64,000 nt of DNA from Novakomyces olei (GCA_016906335.1 JADEYG010000009.1:1054001-1118000), one strand, 5' to 3'; counted from the stretch's first letter, positions 23,991-36,230 are shown. Notes: generated from the letters alone by a model not told the origin. A program made the numbers and translations.

Positions 23991-24835
23991 ATGCTGTGCG
24001 TCAACAGCAATGCCGCAGCGGCAAGCGCTGTGAGGCATTGTGCACGGGCGGCAATGCCCTTTTCAACAGCGAGGTCTATAGCCAAAGCGGCGAGAATCCC
24101 TCCGCCTCGGGCACCCGATCATCCGAGCGGTAAGTGCCATCCACAAGATATGCGTGCATGCTCAATGCTGACAGAGTTAAGGTCAGTATATACCCGGCAT
24201 AGACGCCCTTCTCCACTACATTGGTCGGGACATGAAGAAGAAGTTGGAGTCTGTTGTAACGGTAAGTGTTGATTCGTGAATTATAGAGAATTAAATCTAA
24301 TAAATCAAAGGACTGGGACTCTGCCTTCACCGTCACGCGAGAGCAGCTCAAGGAAGCAGGCGTGTCCCCGCGGGACAGACGGTACTTTTTGAGCCAGAGA
24401 AACTATTATGTGCGGGGAGCAAAAGTGGTGCCCAACGAGCTGACGTCTAAAATTAAGCACAAACCCGTGACGGACCCCGTTGTGAAAGCGCGACGAGCAA
24501 AACGGGAGAGGGAACGGGAGGAGCGGGAGAAAAAGCTGCTGAAAACAAACAAGCTGCTGGATTACTTGAACAAACGCATTGTACGGCAGAACAAAAAGTA
24601 CATGGCCGCGCAGAGCAAGCTGGCTGCTGCCAAAAAGGAGCTGGATGCGTCTGTGCTGGGGGACAGCAAAGCGCAGGCGGAGAAGCTGAAAGCGCAAATT
24701 ACGGCGGCTACGCAGAGAGCAAGGCTCAGCCGGGCGAATATCGAAAAGTTCAAGAAACGGCGAGAAATTCTGAGGAGAATCAAGCTTCAAGGACCAAAGC
24801 ATACGCGTTCTACAGTGAGTGTTGCGCAGCGGTAG
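23991..24835 (+). CDS. FYV4: Mitochondrial small-subunit protein mS41 (IGR motif)
   Basis: Presequence-like N-terminus; introns 24130-24181 and 24262-24310. The spliced product has IPPPR...LLHYIGRDM...DWDSAFT...QLKEAGVSPRDRRYFL. Confidence 0.8.
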
Positions 24836-25007
24836 GGTGTCTAGACTACAGCTACTCTTAGCCGTGCTACAAAAATAAATGCATAAATGTATAAATATCT
24901 ATGTATCTTTCTTGACTCTGTTTTGTTATTAGGAATGTTGTTATTAGGAATGCTGTTATAAGGAATGACTTTGCCAGTGACTGTCTGCTTTGAAGCCACT
25001 ATGAAAA

Positions 25008-25072
25008 GGTAAAGCCGTCTTAAAAGGCAAAGCCGTCTTAAAAAGGCAAAGCCGTCTTAAAATGCAAAGCCG
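25008..25072. repeat. About 19-nt tandem repeat (AAGGCAAAGCCGTCTTAAA), 3-4 copies
   Basis: AAAGCCGT core repeated four times in the DPH4 3' region. Confidence 0.85.
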
Positions 25073-25088
25073 TTTAGTGCACTGTTCA

Positions 25089-25541
25089 TCAAAAGTCGTC
25101 GTCCATTATTTCGTAATCCACACGAATTACAAGCGAGCAGCCCGGACAAGCCAGTAAATCGCAGCCCGTCTCCAGATCAGACTCATCGCATTCGAAGCCT
25201 CCATTGGCCCCGCAACGGCACGGGTAGGAGAAACGGCCTGTAGCCTCGTCGTAATCAAAGTCATCAAGATCGACCAGGCAGTGGTAGGCAGCCGGTGCGG
25301 AACCACTGCCATTTAAACCACCGCTCTTCTGCTCGCCCGCAGTATCGATCAGGACTAAATAGGCCCGCCTGACGCTGTCAATACTGACTCTGCCCTCATT
25401 TTCAGAGCTGATTTTGTTTTTGTCCGGGTGGTGCTTGAGAAGCGTTTCCCTATACGCTTTCCGTACAATAGAGGCAACAGCCGCCGTTCCAAGATCGGCC
25501 GGCGAAAGGTTTAGAATTTTTCGCGCCTGCTCTTGGTTCAT
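25089..25541 (-). CDS. DPH4: Diphthamide biosynthesis protein 4 (J domain + CSL zinc finger)
   Basis: HPDK J-domain motif plus VDLDDF, YPCRCG and CPGCSL. Confidence 0.93.
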   Translation of the reverse strand: MNQEQARKILNLSPADLGTAAVASIVRKAYRETLLKHHPDKNKISSENEGRVSIDSVRRAYLVLIDTAGEQKSGGLNGSGSAPAAYHCLVDLDDFDYDEATGRFSYPCRCGANGGFECDESDLETGCDLLACPGCSLVIRVDYEIMDDDF

Positions 25542-26507
25542 AACATGTTCAACGATAGAGAAGCACTAATCCTATCACTCACTCGCCTCACCCGTCTGTT
25601 GGTAGTGCCGATTAGATTTAAGATCATAATTAGGTGGAAAGGGAATATATGTCGTACATTATTAGTAGTCATTATTAGCAGTATTATTAGTATTCATTAT
25701 TAGCAGTATTATTAGTATTCATTATTAGCAGTATAATTTAGCAGTCATTGTAATTATTAGCAGTATTATTTTAGCAGAATATTGAAGTATATACACATGG
25801 CTTTGACTACTGAATATGTAATACTAGGAGCAAGAACTGGATGCGTAAATATAAAAAACAATATAGTAACTTGCTCTCGCTTCAAATTTTGCTTCTGCTT
25901 CAAATTTGCGGGCTCGAGAACAGTAGGCGCCGTCGACAGTACAAGGAACAGAATACAGAGAAGGACCCAATTAGCCTGGAAAAGGTTCATTGGGCTATCT
26001 CTTTTTCTACTTTGCTTTCCACGTCTCCTTGATCCTTGATGGTCGGTCCCTTACCGTTCTCGAGTCGAGCAAAAAATATCAAGCAAAACCATACATTACA
26101 TACCCGCCACTTGATATTGGCGCCAGTCTCGGACTGCGTCTATATGGTTAAGCAATGGCATTACAAGTATGGAAGAGAAAAAGACCACTCCACCCTGAGT
26201 ATGAGACTGTGCGTACCTAGGACTAAATCAAGGTCTGACATGTTTAAAAAACAACGGTTTCAAATTTCAGACATGCTGCTTGGTGCGTTGTCAATATAAT
26301 AAGGATTTAAAAGATAACGATGTGAAAGGCTAAATTTTGGTACTCTTGTTTAGCTCGAAAGTAAAATTCATGATGCCACAAATTTTTAAATTATTTAATC
26401 TCGTAGTTTTTTTTTTCATCGTCTGCAAATATCAACCATTCAAATATTATATGCACTCCAAGTCCCAATTGCCATTTTGCCAATTGCTCCCTAGTCAAGA
26501 AGATTAT

Positions 26508-26950
26508 TCACCTCAACGCGGTTACAATTTCTTCCTGCTGCTCTGGGCTGAACCTTTCATCTATGGCTTCTACGAGTACATGAAGCTCAGCCAAATTGCG
26601 AGGCTCCGTATTAACAATCTGAAGCCTCTCGGCTTTTGTAAGCTCCCAAGCCTTTAGTCGCTCCATAATTACGCGCACTCGTTCCTCCGTTTGATTTCCA
26701 GTCCTCCGCTGCCGCAGATAATGTATTAGCTAATTCATTAATATAACTCAATCCTTGTTATGACTAACCTCAAACTTTATCGTCCCAACGCCCTCCAATT
26801 GCGAATTTGGCCTTTTTTCGCCGCTTACGGTCTCTCCGCCAGAAGACGATTCCAAATGCGCCAACACCTCATAATTTGTTAAAAGCGCTTCACGCCGATT
26901 CAATACCTGTCTTGTTAGCTAAAGCCTTTCAGGTGACTGCTTGCCTTCAT
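26508..26950 (-). CDS. RPC17: RNA polymerase III subunit C17/RPC9 (121 aa; not in ORF track)
   Basis: Exons 26950-26945, 26906-26769 and 26729-26508 give MKVLNRREALLTNYEVLAHL...LTKAERLQIVN..P....ELHVLVEAIDERFSPEQ. Intron 1 is GC-AG. Confidence 0.92.
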
Positions 26951-27082
26951 TGAGGTTCGATGGCTAAAGTCAATGCTGTCTACAAACAACTACTAATATA
27001 GGTGGCATACTTGTATAATAGCTTCATAGCTTATAGAACCTAGATCTCTATAATTCTGTCTGACCAAATGGTCAGTTGGAAT

Positions 27083-27178
27083 GCTGAGGTGCCCGAGTAG
27101 GTTATGGGGTCAGGTTAAGGATATTAACCTAAATTCCTGGTGGTTCACACCTCGCGAGTTCGAATCTCGTCCTCAGCA
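27083..27178 (+). tRNA. tRNA-Leu(AAG) with 14-nt intron (27121-27134)
   Basis: Acceptor stem GCTGAGG/CCTCAGC plus A discriminator, D stem CCC/GGG, anticodon stem TCAGG/CCTGG, anticodon AAG at 27117-27119, long variable arm, T loop TTCGAAT, and a T6 terminator at 27183-27188. Confidence 0.93.
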
Positions 27179-27450
27179 AGAATTTTTTAGGACGTATATT
27201 ACCACATTTTTTTTACCCAGCCGTGATGAGTGTAGGTCAAGTCCTAAACTTCTGTACCATCAGAAAGAGTACATCAGATCATATTTTTTTTCTTAAAAGA
27301 TAGACGGAATATAACGTGTTTGAGGTGAAGTGGCTCGACAATTCAGTCTTGACAATTATCTATATTTCATCGCGTACAGAGATTCGAACTAGTTTGAACC
27401 ACGTTTGCGCTACATACATGAAGAGGTACGCAAGCAAGAGTCATCAACCG

Positions 27451-27501
27451 ACCCTAACCCTAAGAATATAAGCAGATTCATCAAACTGACCCTAACCCTA
27501 A
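27451..27501. promoter_or_regulatory. Duplicated ACCCTAACCCTAA telobox elements upstream of uS12m gene
   Basis: Two copies (27451-27463, 27489-27501) inside a direct repeat that begins TCATCAA. Confidence 0.65.
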
Positions 27502-27558
27502 AGAACCGTACATGGTATATTACAGACAAAGATTAACGGGCAAATACATTTTCACGCA

Positions 27559-28059
27559 ATGCCGGTGAGCGTACTATGGCCGTTCGTGGCGGTACCGCGA
27601 GCGATCCGAGCGGTCCCCAAATGTATGCGTATGGGCAGTACACAGTCGCAGGTTCGGTCGCTGCACTGCACGGCTCCGGCGCAGGCGACGCTGATGCAGG
27701 CCGTGCGTGGAGCTCGGCAGCAAAAACCGCAGAGGCGGAGCAGATCGCCAGCGCTGGAGACGAACCCCTTCAAGAAAGGTGTCTGCGTTAAAGTGTTTAC
27801 GACAAAACCGAAAAAACCAAATTCTGCTATGCGCAAAGTTGCGAGGGTAAAGCTGAGCACAGGAAAAGTCGTGACTGCGTATATCCCAGGCGAAGGGCAC
27901 AATGCGCAGGAGCACGCGGTCGTTCTCGTCCGCGGCGGACGTGTCCAGGACTGCCCTGGCGTGCGGTACCGCCTTGTGCGTGGAGCTCAGGATATTTCGG
28001 GCGTCGTTGGGCGCGCTACGTCCCGGAGCAAGTATGGCGCAAAGAGGCCAAAACAGTAG
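27559..28059 (+). CDS. MRPS12: Mitochondrial ribosomal protein uS12m
   Basis: [37 protein letters not shown] and SRSKYG follow a presequence. Confidence 0.96.
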   Translation: MPVSVLWPFVAVPRAIRAVPKCMRMGSTQSQVRSLHCTAPAQATLMQAVRGARQQKPQRRSRSPALETNPFKKGVCVKVFTTKPKKPNSAMRKVARVKLSTGKVVTAYIPGEGHNAQEHAVVLVRGGRVQDCPGVRYRLVRGAQDISGVVGRATSRSKYGAKRPKQ

Positions 28060-28171
28060 ACTCGTGATTTTTGTGTATTAATCACTAGATTTATACCCTT
28101 ACTTTAGTGACAGTGTAGACGTCGTAGTGCTGTAAGCAACTAGACTGTAAATTTTGTCACGACTTCGTCAC

Positions 28172-28395
28172 GACTTTTCCAACTTTTCCAACTTTTCCAA
28201 CTTTTCCAGCTTTTCCAACTTTTCCAACTTTTCCAACTTTTCCAGCTTTTCCAACTTTTCCAACTTTTCCAACTTTATTTCAAAATTGTCCCAACTCTTC
28301 CAACTTTGTCACAACTTTTCCAACTTTGTTCCAACTTTGTCCAAATTTCTTTGAACTTTGTCTCAACTTTCTTTCCACCTTTGTCCCAACTTTCT
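28172..28395. repeat. (AACTTTTCC)n 9-mer repeat decaying into AACTTTGTCC variants
   Basis: Near-perfect 9-mer run followed by degenerate copies. Confidence 0.92.
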
Positions 28396-28465
28396 TTGAG
28401 CTTTGTCCAACTTCTTTGAACATATATATGGACAAAGATGCCAAAGCACAGTGAATAAAGGCAAA

Positions 28466-29225
28466 ATGACGTTACGGTGGCGGTACACGCCCACGTTTAC
28501 GCACCCCTTTACATCAAACTGGGCGATGCACAACAATATGTTTACGCTGCTGCACATCAGCGTGCTAAGGAGGGACTACGCCGTGGCGGCAGATATTCTT
28601 GCCGTGACTTTACGCTGCCGGACAGTGACGAGTGCCGTGCGCATAGTCCCATTAATTATTGATATATTACTCAACCAGCCTGGCAGCAAGGAGCACAATC
28701 TCCACGAAGCAGAGAATTTCTTAAAGCTCGCAATCACACAGTACCCTTACGCCCAGATCGATCCAAACACTGAGCGGTCGCTCCTTGGAGAGGTAGTCTA
28801 TGGTCCATAATTGCCGCTGACCGCCAGAATTACCACTTGTATTTCATGCTTATTATACTGTACTTGAGAGCGGAAAAGTTCAAGGACGCCTACGACTTGC
28901 TACAAGAGTACGGATGGCCTGCTTTTTTATTCATTATTTATTTTATTATTTTTTTTTTATTCATTGTGTACTGTCTTTACAACTAACGTGAAGCCAACTT
29001 GAATTTGCGCCAATGGCAAATGACTGCCGCATGTTTGCTATATCGGCAATGCTGCACCTGATGAAAAGCGACCAGGTCCCTGAAGCCGAAGCGAGCGAGC
29101 AGTTTGACACGGCCGTAGACCACGGACTGCGTGCGATCGAGATGGGAGCGCGTAATATTGACGATACAGTGTTTGGCGCGGGCGGCGTGTACACGCAGGA
29201 TACGCCGTCGGAGGACGAGTACTAG
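28466..29225 (+). CDS. RRN11: RNA polymerase I initiation factor Rrn11-like
   Basis: TLLHISVLRRDY..A...L...LR and FLKLAITQYP. Two GT-AG introns (from about 28793 and 28907) give AYDLLQDQLEFAP. Confidence 0.65.
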
Positions 29226-29439
29226 TTTGATTTTGATTTACGGGAAAGCCGTATCTGGATTCAAAGGGCATTTTTGATTATATGAATGGCCGTTTAAAAG
29301 CACGGCCCACGATCGGACAGGCAAACACGTTTGCACCTTATTACTGGATGAGCCATACGGGTTACAGGACACGTTTTACTTGTTCAATTGTAGAATAGCG
29401 CCAGCAGGCGGGTATTACCATCCAACTAATGCCATCAAA

Positions 29440-29968
29440 CTATTTCATACTCCGGCTTGTAGACGACCATTTTGGCAGTAGCGTCTTGAACTGCGGGACA
29501 ACGTTTCTACACACAACATTCTGTTTGTAAGGCTGCGATTCCGCGTCGTAGGCCCGTAGCCTGGCGAGCCTGATTGCCCTCAGTCGATTTTTAGGCAGCA
29601 TGCCACTAACAGCACGCTGGAGAATCTCTGATCCACCAAATCGCGATTTCATCCGGCGCATAGTCACCTCCTTCAGATGGCCCGGTTTGCCCGAATGGCT
29701 ATAGTAGATGTGCTGATCCATCTTCTTGCCTGTTACCCGAATCTGATCGCAGTTTGTTACGACGACATAGTCTCCAATGTCTGCGGCCGGGTGAAATACG
29801 GGCTTATGCTTGCCCATTAATGTTTTGGCTATTTGCGTGGCTAAACGGCCCAGCGTCCGGTCTTTTGCATCAACGTGATGCCATACACGGCTATTGGCAA
29901 GCGAAAGCTGCTCCGTTAGCGCCCATAAAAGTTCATTTCTCGCCTACCTTGCCGCTGATGGCAGACAT
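29440..29968 (-). CDS. MRPL23: Mitochondrial ribosomal protein uL13m
   Basis: Intron 29947-29908; motifs [29 protein letters not shown] and [12 protein letters not shown]. Confidence 0.95.
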
Positions 29969-30154
29969 TATTTTTTTGGATGGGACCAGCTTCCCTACAC
30001 ACTCTAATTATATATTTAATATTATGGCCCTGATAATAAAAAGGCTATTTAAAAATACATCTTACTCTACAAGTTGATTTGAATAAAAAATGATGTGCAT
30101 ATTATAAATTATAAATTATAATGAAATAATTGTATCAAATAAATAAATAAATAA

Positions 30155-30188
<34 letters not shown>

Positions 30189-30267
30189 AATTAATTAATT
30201 AATTAAATGATTTAACCACAAAAAATTAAAACATTAAAAAAAGATATATCAATTTGGCGTCAAAAGC

Positions 30268-31066
30268 ATGGGCAAAAAACGCAAAGCCGCAAGGCCAGCG
30301 CAAAGATCAAAGTATGTTTACGCTACTAATTTGCGTTCGCTAATGGCGCAGGGACGAGGGTGATGACGCGCCCAGGTCTTTACGGGCATTGTTAACAATG
30401 GGCCGCGACGGTCGACCACGAAGCGGGAATACGGATGGAGAACCCGACCGACGTCACCGAAATCCCACAGGAATTCAGCGCAAACCCAAAGAAAGTCTTG
30501 CTGATTTTTCGCGGTATGAAAATGCTGGATAAAGCGCTCTTTTTGATTTTATTTTTATTTTTCTATCATTTTTGTTTGTATGTCTTATCCTTGTTTGTAA
30601 TTATTTCTATTTTCTAACATGGGTGTCTAGTCGAGTCGACCAGGAAATGTCAGTATCAGTAAAATCATGGGGCAAAGACGAGCATGAAACGAGGGAGCAA
30701 CGCCTGCGTCGACGCAAAGCGGAAAAGAAGAAAAAAATGGAAGAAAAGAACCCTACTCCGCCTGAGGATGATAGTGGAGAAGACGAAGAAAACAGTAGAT
30801 ACATTATACAGCGAAAAAGACGAAAAGGCTCGCCTGATCCATGGGCGTCATTGCAAAAGGAGAAGCCACGATTTGGACAAGTGGCTCAAGAACCACCACC
30901 GCGACTAACCAAGCCAAAAACCAAAGGCTCAGTGCTTTTAGCCAACGTTCCCAAGAGTAATCAGCAGGGTCAACAAGAATCGCTTGCTCGAAGGGAAATG
31001 CTAGGGAAAGAACGGTTACAAATGATTGAAAAGTACAGGCAATTAATGTCACAAAAGAGGGAATAG
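30268..31066 (+). CDS. CCDC137-like basic nucleolar protein
   Basis: MGKKRK start, two introns, motifs DDAPR, PRFGQVAQEPP and SLARREMLGKER..MIEKYRQL. Confidence 0.65.
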
Positions 31067-31185
31067 GCGTGCGAACTGCATTGCATGATTGTAAATACTT
31101 TTGCTGAATAATTATATTGAAATGAACAATACACCGAAATATGATTCTCTAACACTTTTCTCGCTCAGTTGTGATTGCAACGCTG

Positions 31186-32976
31186 TTACCACATGAAATG
31201 CTGGCGTACACCTGGCTCTGTGGCCCAGTAAAACGGCTTATAGGCAAACATATAGCCGGTTAATAAGTGAACAAGGATCTGCCAGAGCAGTTCTACACAG
31301 CTGACAGGCCAAGGGGCTTCTACTTCAAGGCGCCACAGCATAAAGGGCACGATAAAATATCGAAACTCTAATAGAGGAGCTGCTGCCAGCGCAAGTGTGG
31401 TAACACCGAAAAACAGGGCAAACCAAACTGCGTTTGGTGCTGTGGCTAATACGACACGGAAACTACCGACATAAATTGGGGCAAGCAGGTATGCGCTGGT
31501 AGTGCTTCGGCGTACGACCCGTTTCCACAAATAAAAGACGTAGTGCCTGTTGTCTGCCAGCAAGTACGGATGTTCAAGCCTGTTTATTAAATTCATTTTA
31601 ATAAAGCAGAAATATAAAGCAGAAATATATAAATAAAAAATAATAATTCAATAATAGTAATTCAATAAAAACTAAAATTAACGACAAACCCAAGGATAAG
31701 ACAGCTTACGTATTGTAATGCACACATATAAGGGCAGCGATTAGGAGAGCAAACGTCCTTTTCGAACGAAACCCGTGCAGCAAAGTTTTGATGACGAGAG
31801 GCTGCAATGCCAATGGCCAAGCAAAAATCATACAGAAAAAATTGAAATAAAGAATCTGAGCCAAATGAAGGCCTGCTTGATGGCTCAGCTTGTCACCTAA
31901 TATTAGCAAGAAATTGTCGAAAAATTTCGCCTACCCAGAACGATGCCTGAATTCCATACAATAAAGGCAGCAAACGAAATTGCCACCAATATATATCCAA
32001 AGCTGTCTGCAATAAACGGTGCGCCTATAAGCAGTCCCAAATTCTTCCACACGGATTTCAGGAAAAATACAAGTCCAGTCCAGCTTTGACATGAAGCGGT
32101 ACTGGGCAATACAGGACGGCCGTCACGTTTTACCGTCTGCCACCTTGACAATGCCCATATTGCGGCACTAAAGGCAACCCATAGGATGTTTGTTTGCCGG
32201 AAGAACAGAGAGACAAGCCCTGCCTGGCTGTTAGTAAAGCATCTTTTTAAACGACGACCGGAATAAGGAATGAGGCAAACCAGCAAATAATACAGGAACT
32301 TGAGTTGACTATGTACGTATATTGCCATGCAACTAGTTTTGATAGTTTTGATAAGGCATGACATAGAAATAAAATCATTAATCAGACAAAAAGAAGCAAG
32401 TATTACCACAGCGCTGAGACGAGGACGATTGCAAAGGGCCAAGTAATAAGTTGTCAGGCAGGCGGCGAGAGAAAACGTATCGGTATAGTATAAGGAGCCA
32501 CAAAAAGCGAGAACAGGAAGACTCGTAAAACTAGCGGCAACTGCTCTTTGCCAACCAGAAGCGTAGGGTGCCCGCAACCCACGAATCTGTAGTAACAAGT
32601 AGGGGATAACGAAAACAAGGGTGAACAATGATTCTAAACGCAAAACCAATAGTTTATCGCCTCTCAAACCAACCCATCTCGCTACGTGATCAATTCCATC
32701 AGATAAGAGATAACTATACGTGAGCAAAAAGTTCTGGCTGGAAGCACTTACATGCCGGGCGGCGTAGTTAACTTTGGGTCCCATTGCGAGTATTTCCCAC
32801 TCATGTAAGCCCGAGCTTGAGGAACGTGGAATACTTCGTCCTGTACTTAGAATTGCACCAGAGCTACAAGTTACCATGTAAAGATTTGGTTCACTGGAAG
32901 AAACGAGATAAAAGTGAATCAATTGGGCCGATACAGCCGCTGCCCAAGGCAGCCAAAAGAGGCCTGCCATGCTCAT
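31186..32976 (-). CDS. ALG10: Dol-P-Glc alpha-1,2-glucosyltransferase
   Basis: Spliced motifs [56 protein letters not shown] and [10 protein letters not shown], with several introns. Confidence 0.93.
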
Positions 32977-33094
32977 AGGTTCATGCCGTGCTCAATTAAC
33001 GCGTATATATTAAATACGTTTAGATATAAATAAATGTGAATAAATATAAATATAAATAAATAAATATAAATATGTATGAATAATTATAAATTAA

Positions 33095-33240
33095 TATGAA
33101 TAAATATGAATAAATATGAATAAATATGAATAAATATGAATAAATATGAATAAATATGAATAAATATGAATAAATATGAATAAATATGAATAAATATGAA
33201 TAAATATGAATAAATATGAATAAATATGAATAAATATGAA
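33095..33240. repeat. (ATATGAATAA)n decamer tandem repeat
   Basis: Perfect 10-nt periodicity in the ALG10/PalF divergent promoter. Confidence 0.96.
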
Positions 33241-33534
33241 TTAACTGTGTTCAAACCAGACTAACCAATGTGCGAAATGCCGATCAACAATCCGTGTCCT
33301 TTTTCCATACACGTTAAAGCTTGTTTATAGTTTTCAAGGCGGTACTGCTTCTCTATAGCGCGTCATTAACACCTGTAATGTTTATACCGCCGAGCTGCGT
33401 TTCATCATAATCCCCACACAATAAACCCGCACATAGTGTGTAGCACAATAAATGTTTGTACACGTACGTTATCATATGACTAATAGGCATTAGTCATATC
33501 GGACTTTGGACGTTGCGCTTGACGGACCGCACGT

Positions 33535-35803
33535 ATGCACGATGCAGCGAGCGACAAGTCGGTACGGCGGTCTATACTACGGCTACCGTCGTCATCGCGA
33601 TTACGTACCGTTTTTTCGGGAGCCAAAATAGCCGATTTTTATATCCAGCTTCAAGAGCCACACCGAGTATTCGCCCCGGGCGATACAATTAAAGGTACCT
33701 GCTTGCGCTTTTGCATCTCCTCTTAACCTCTAATTAAAAGGCAAAATTGTGCTTTCGCTACTACGGCCGACTGAGACCTTGCACATCAGGCTTACGGTGC
33801 AGGGCAAGCTGAAAACTCACTTGGATCAGCAAAAGTTCTCCAAAGTTATACTGCAACAAACCGAGTTTATAGTGGGCAAAAGGAGCACAAAGCCGGGGCG
33901 TCGTAACAGCTACAGTGTGGCGACACGGAGCAGTACGGGTATAAGTCATAGCACTAGTAGGACTGGATTCGATACTGGCAATAGCACGAGTACCGGCACG
34001 GATACAGTCTCCGGCACTGCTGCCGATGCGCGGCCAGAGTTATGGGAGCCTATTACTCTCAGTGCGAAAAAGCACGTTTACGATTTTAAAGTGGTCCTGC
34101 CATCACATGGTGTACCGTCTTCAGTTGAGGTTTGTTTTGCTTTTGGTTGATTGGCTGTTGATGGACATTTTTTTAGAAACCTGGAATTATACATTTAAAT
34201 TTATTTATTTATTTATTCATGTATGTATGTACATGCCTCCTCATTTCTCCTATACCTTTCATCCTAAAATAATTGTCTTTTGTTTGGCTCTCATTCTAGT
34301 CTTGCTTAATTCCGTTTTCATTTTTGTTTGTTTGATTCCTATTCACGATCTAATAATAGTTTGGCAAAGGTGCGATATCTTACTCGATAATAAGCGAACA
34401 CCAAGCACCGCCGACATTGTTGCGGAATGGGACTTCTACAGCGACAATGTCTTTTTCCGTGCTCGACTCGATAGACGTCTCGCAGTTCCCTGTTCCGAAG
34501 CCGAGGCAATTAGCGACTGACACAAAGGGCAAACGTAAAGAAGAGCGGTCTTTGGCTCGTGGAGCTCTTGTCAGTATAGACAAAGGCGCTTGTTTGCGTG
34601 GTGATCAGATCAGCGTGGAGATATTCATTACACATCATACGCCCATTCGGAATATGCAAGGTGCTATTGTTACACTTTACCGTCTGGCTCGTTTCGCAGG
34701 AGGGTAAGTTGAGAAAAAAATTGTGAATTAGTTAGCGACAAAGAAAAGAAAAGAAGATCGAAATGTAAACAAAATAAACCAAGAAAGAAACAAGTTAAGA
34801 AAGAAATTGAAACAAGAAAGAGAACAAGATGAGAATACACTTTGATTACTTTCTTTTTCACTATTCGATAAAAATGAATAATGTCATAAATTTAATCTAC
34901 TCTATTTGGCTTTGGCACTAACTAGTCAGGTCTATGCCTCATTCATTTCGCAAAGATTTATTACAAAGTGTGACGCCTATACTCATTGACCCTCAACATT
35001 TACAGTATCATTTGACAGCGCGGTTACGTGTCCCGATAGATGCTTTCCCCACCGTACTCAATGCACCTTTGTGCCAGTTCAAATATTTTGTTGAAGTCGT
35101 AATTAATTTAGGTACAAAAGGCATAATTGAGAGTTCACGTCGACGTGTTTTTGATCATGACCAGCAACAGACTATTCGCCACGCAGAATCGGGTCATTTT
35201 ATTGAGACGGAAAAGATACGAAGAGATCGTTGGGTCAAATTTGTACAGTTTGAAGTAGTTGTGGGTACGGTGGACTCGGCGGCTAAAGAGCGAGAGCAGC
35301 AGCAAAGGCGGCAGACACAGCAAATGTACTGGGAGCAAGTTGATTTTGTCCCAGAAAATTTTGAAGCAAATAATTATGGAGAAAATTATGAAGAGAACTT
35401 TTCGACTGATGATAAAAGGGCACTGGCAATGAGAGAGGCAGCTTTATACCCTTCACAGCCTCAGACAGGTATGGGCAGAGTGGGTGAGGACCCGAGTGCT
35501 CCCAACTTTGAGGACATTTCTTCGGATTTAGAGCCGAATGGCGGCGAATATGATAGGAATTTAACGAGTGCTGCAAATTTACAAAATATTGCCTTTGGCG
35601 GAGCACTACAATTGCCATCTCCGCCAGAGCAAATTGCTCGGGATAGCGAGAAATGGCATTTAGCTTTGCAAGAGCGGACGAGTGCTCCAGCCGTCAATGT
35701 GAATGATCCCGTTTTGGAAGCAACTGCGCCAGAGATATCTGCTGATTGTGAAGACGAAGAGGCGTCTGGCATTGATCTTCCTCTTTATGAGCCAAGGCGT
35801 TGA
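33535..35803 (+). CDS. RIM8: pH-response arrestin-like protein PalF/Rim8
   Basis: FYIQLQEPHRVFAPGD.IKG, PSSVE-FGKGAISY, FRKDLLQSVTPILIDP, DAFPT and C-terminal LPLYEP, with several GT-AG introns. Confidence 0.88.
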
Positions 35804-36230
35804 ATGACTGCGTTTAATTGATGAAGTATTGTATTGTATTTATTAATTTATTTTACATGTAACGTGTCATGTTGCTTACTTGAATCGTTTCTTTTAAAAG
35901 ATCCGTTCTTTCAAGTTTGAACTTTTGTTTAATTAATTTTATGATTATCTTGGGAGAGTGAAAAAGTCTGGGACCGCTAATATAAGATTCCTGTACATTA
36001 ATATTAAAATTATTATTAGCATTTGTATTATGTCTTGTCTTTAAATATGCTCATAAATGTGCTCTAATGTAAATCGTAAAATGACATGATGCAGATGCAA
36101 ATCTGACGATATTTTCTTTTAACCTGAATCCGACTGCTATCTATCATCAAACCCTACACCATGGTATATACATGTTTAATCGTTCGTTATCTGTTTCATC
36201 CACGAACCCAGGAAACAACGTGTTTTCCGC

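Noticed and set aside
27083..27178. Possible tRNA-Sec, suppressor or recoded tRNA because of the long variable arm
   Set aside because: A standard 7/5 fold, AAG anticodon and A discriminator fit ordinary tRNA-Leu. Conserved proteins here translate normally with the standard code.
27223..27290. GTGATGA box C downstream of the tRNA (possible tRNA-snoRNA dicistron)
   Set aside because: There is no CTGA box D or terminal stem, and two oligo-T Pol III terminators intervene.
28172..28395. Regular repeats that might suggest a CRISPR array
   Set aside because: Head-to-tail 9-mers with no unique spacers, in a eukaryotic context with no cas genes.
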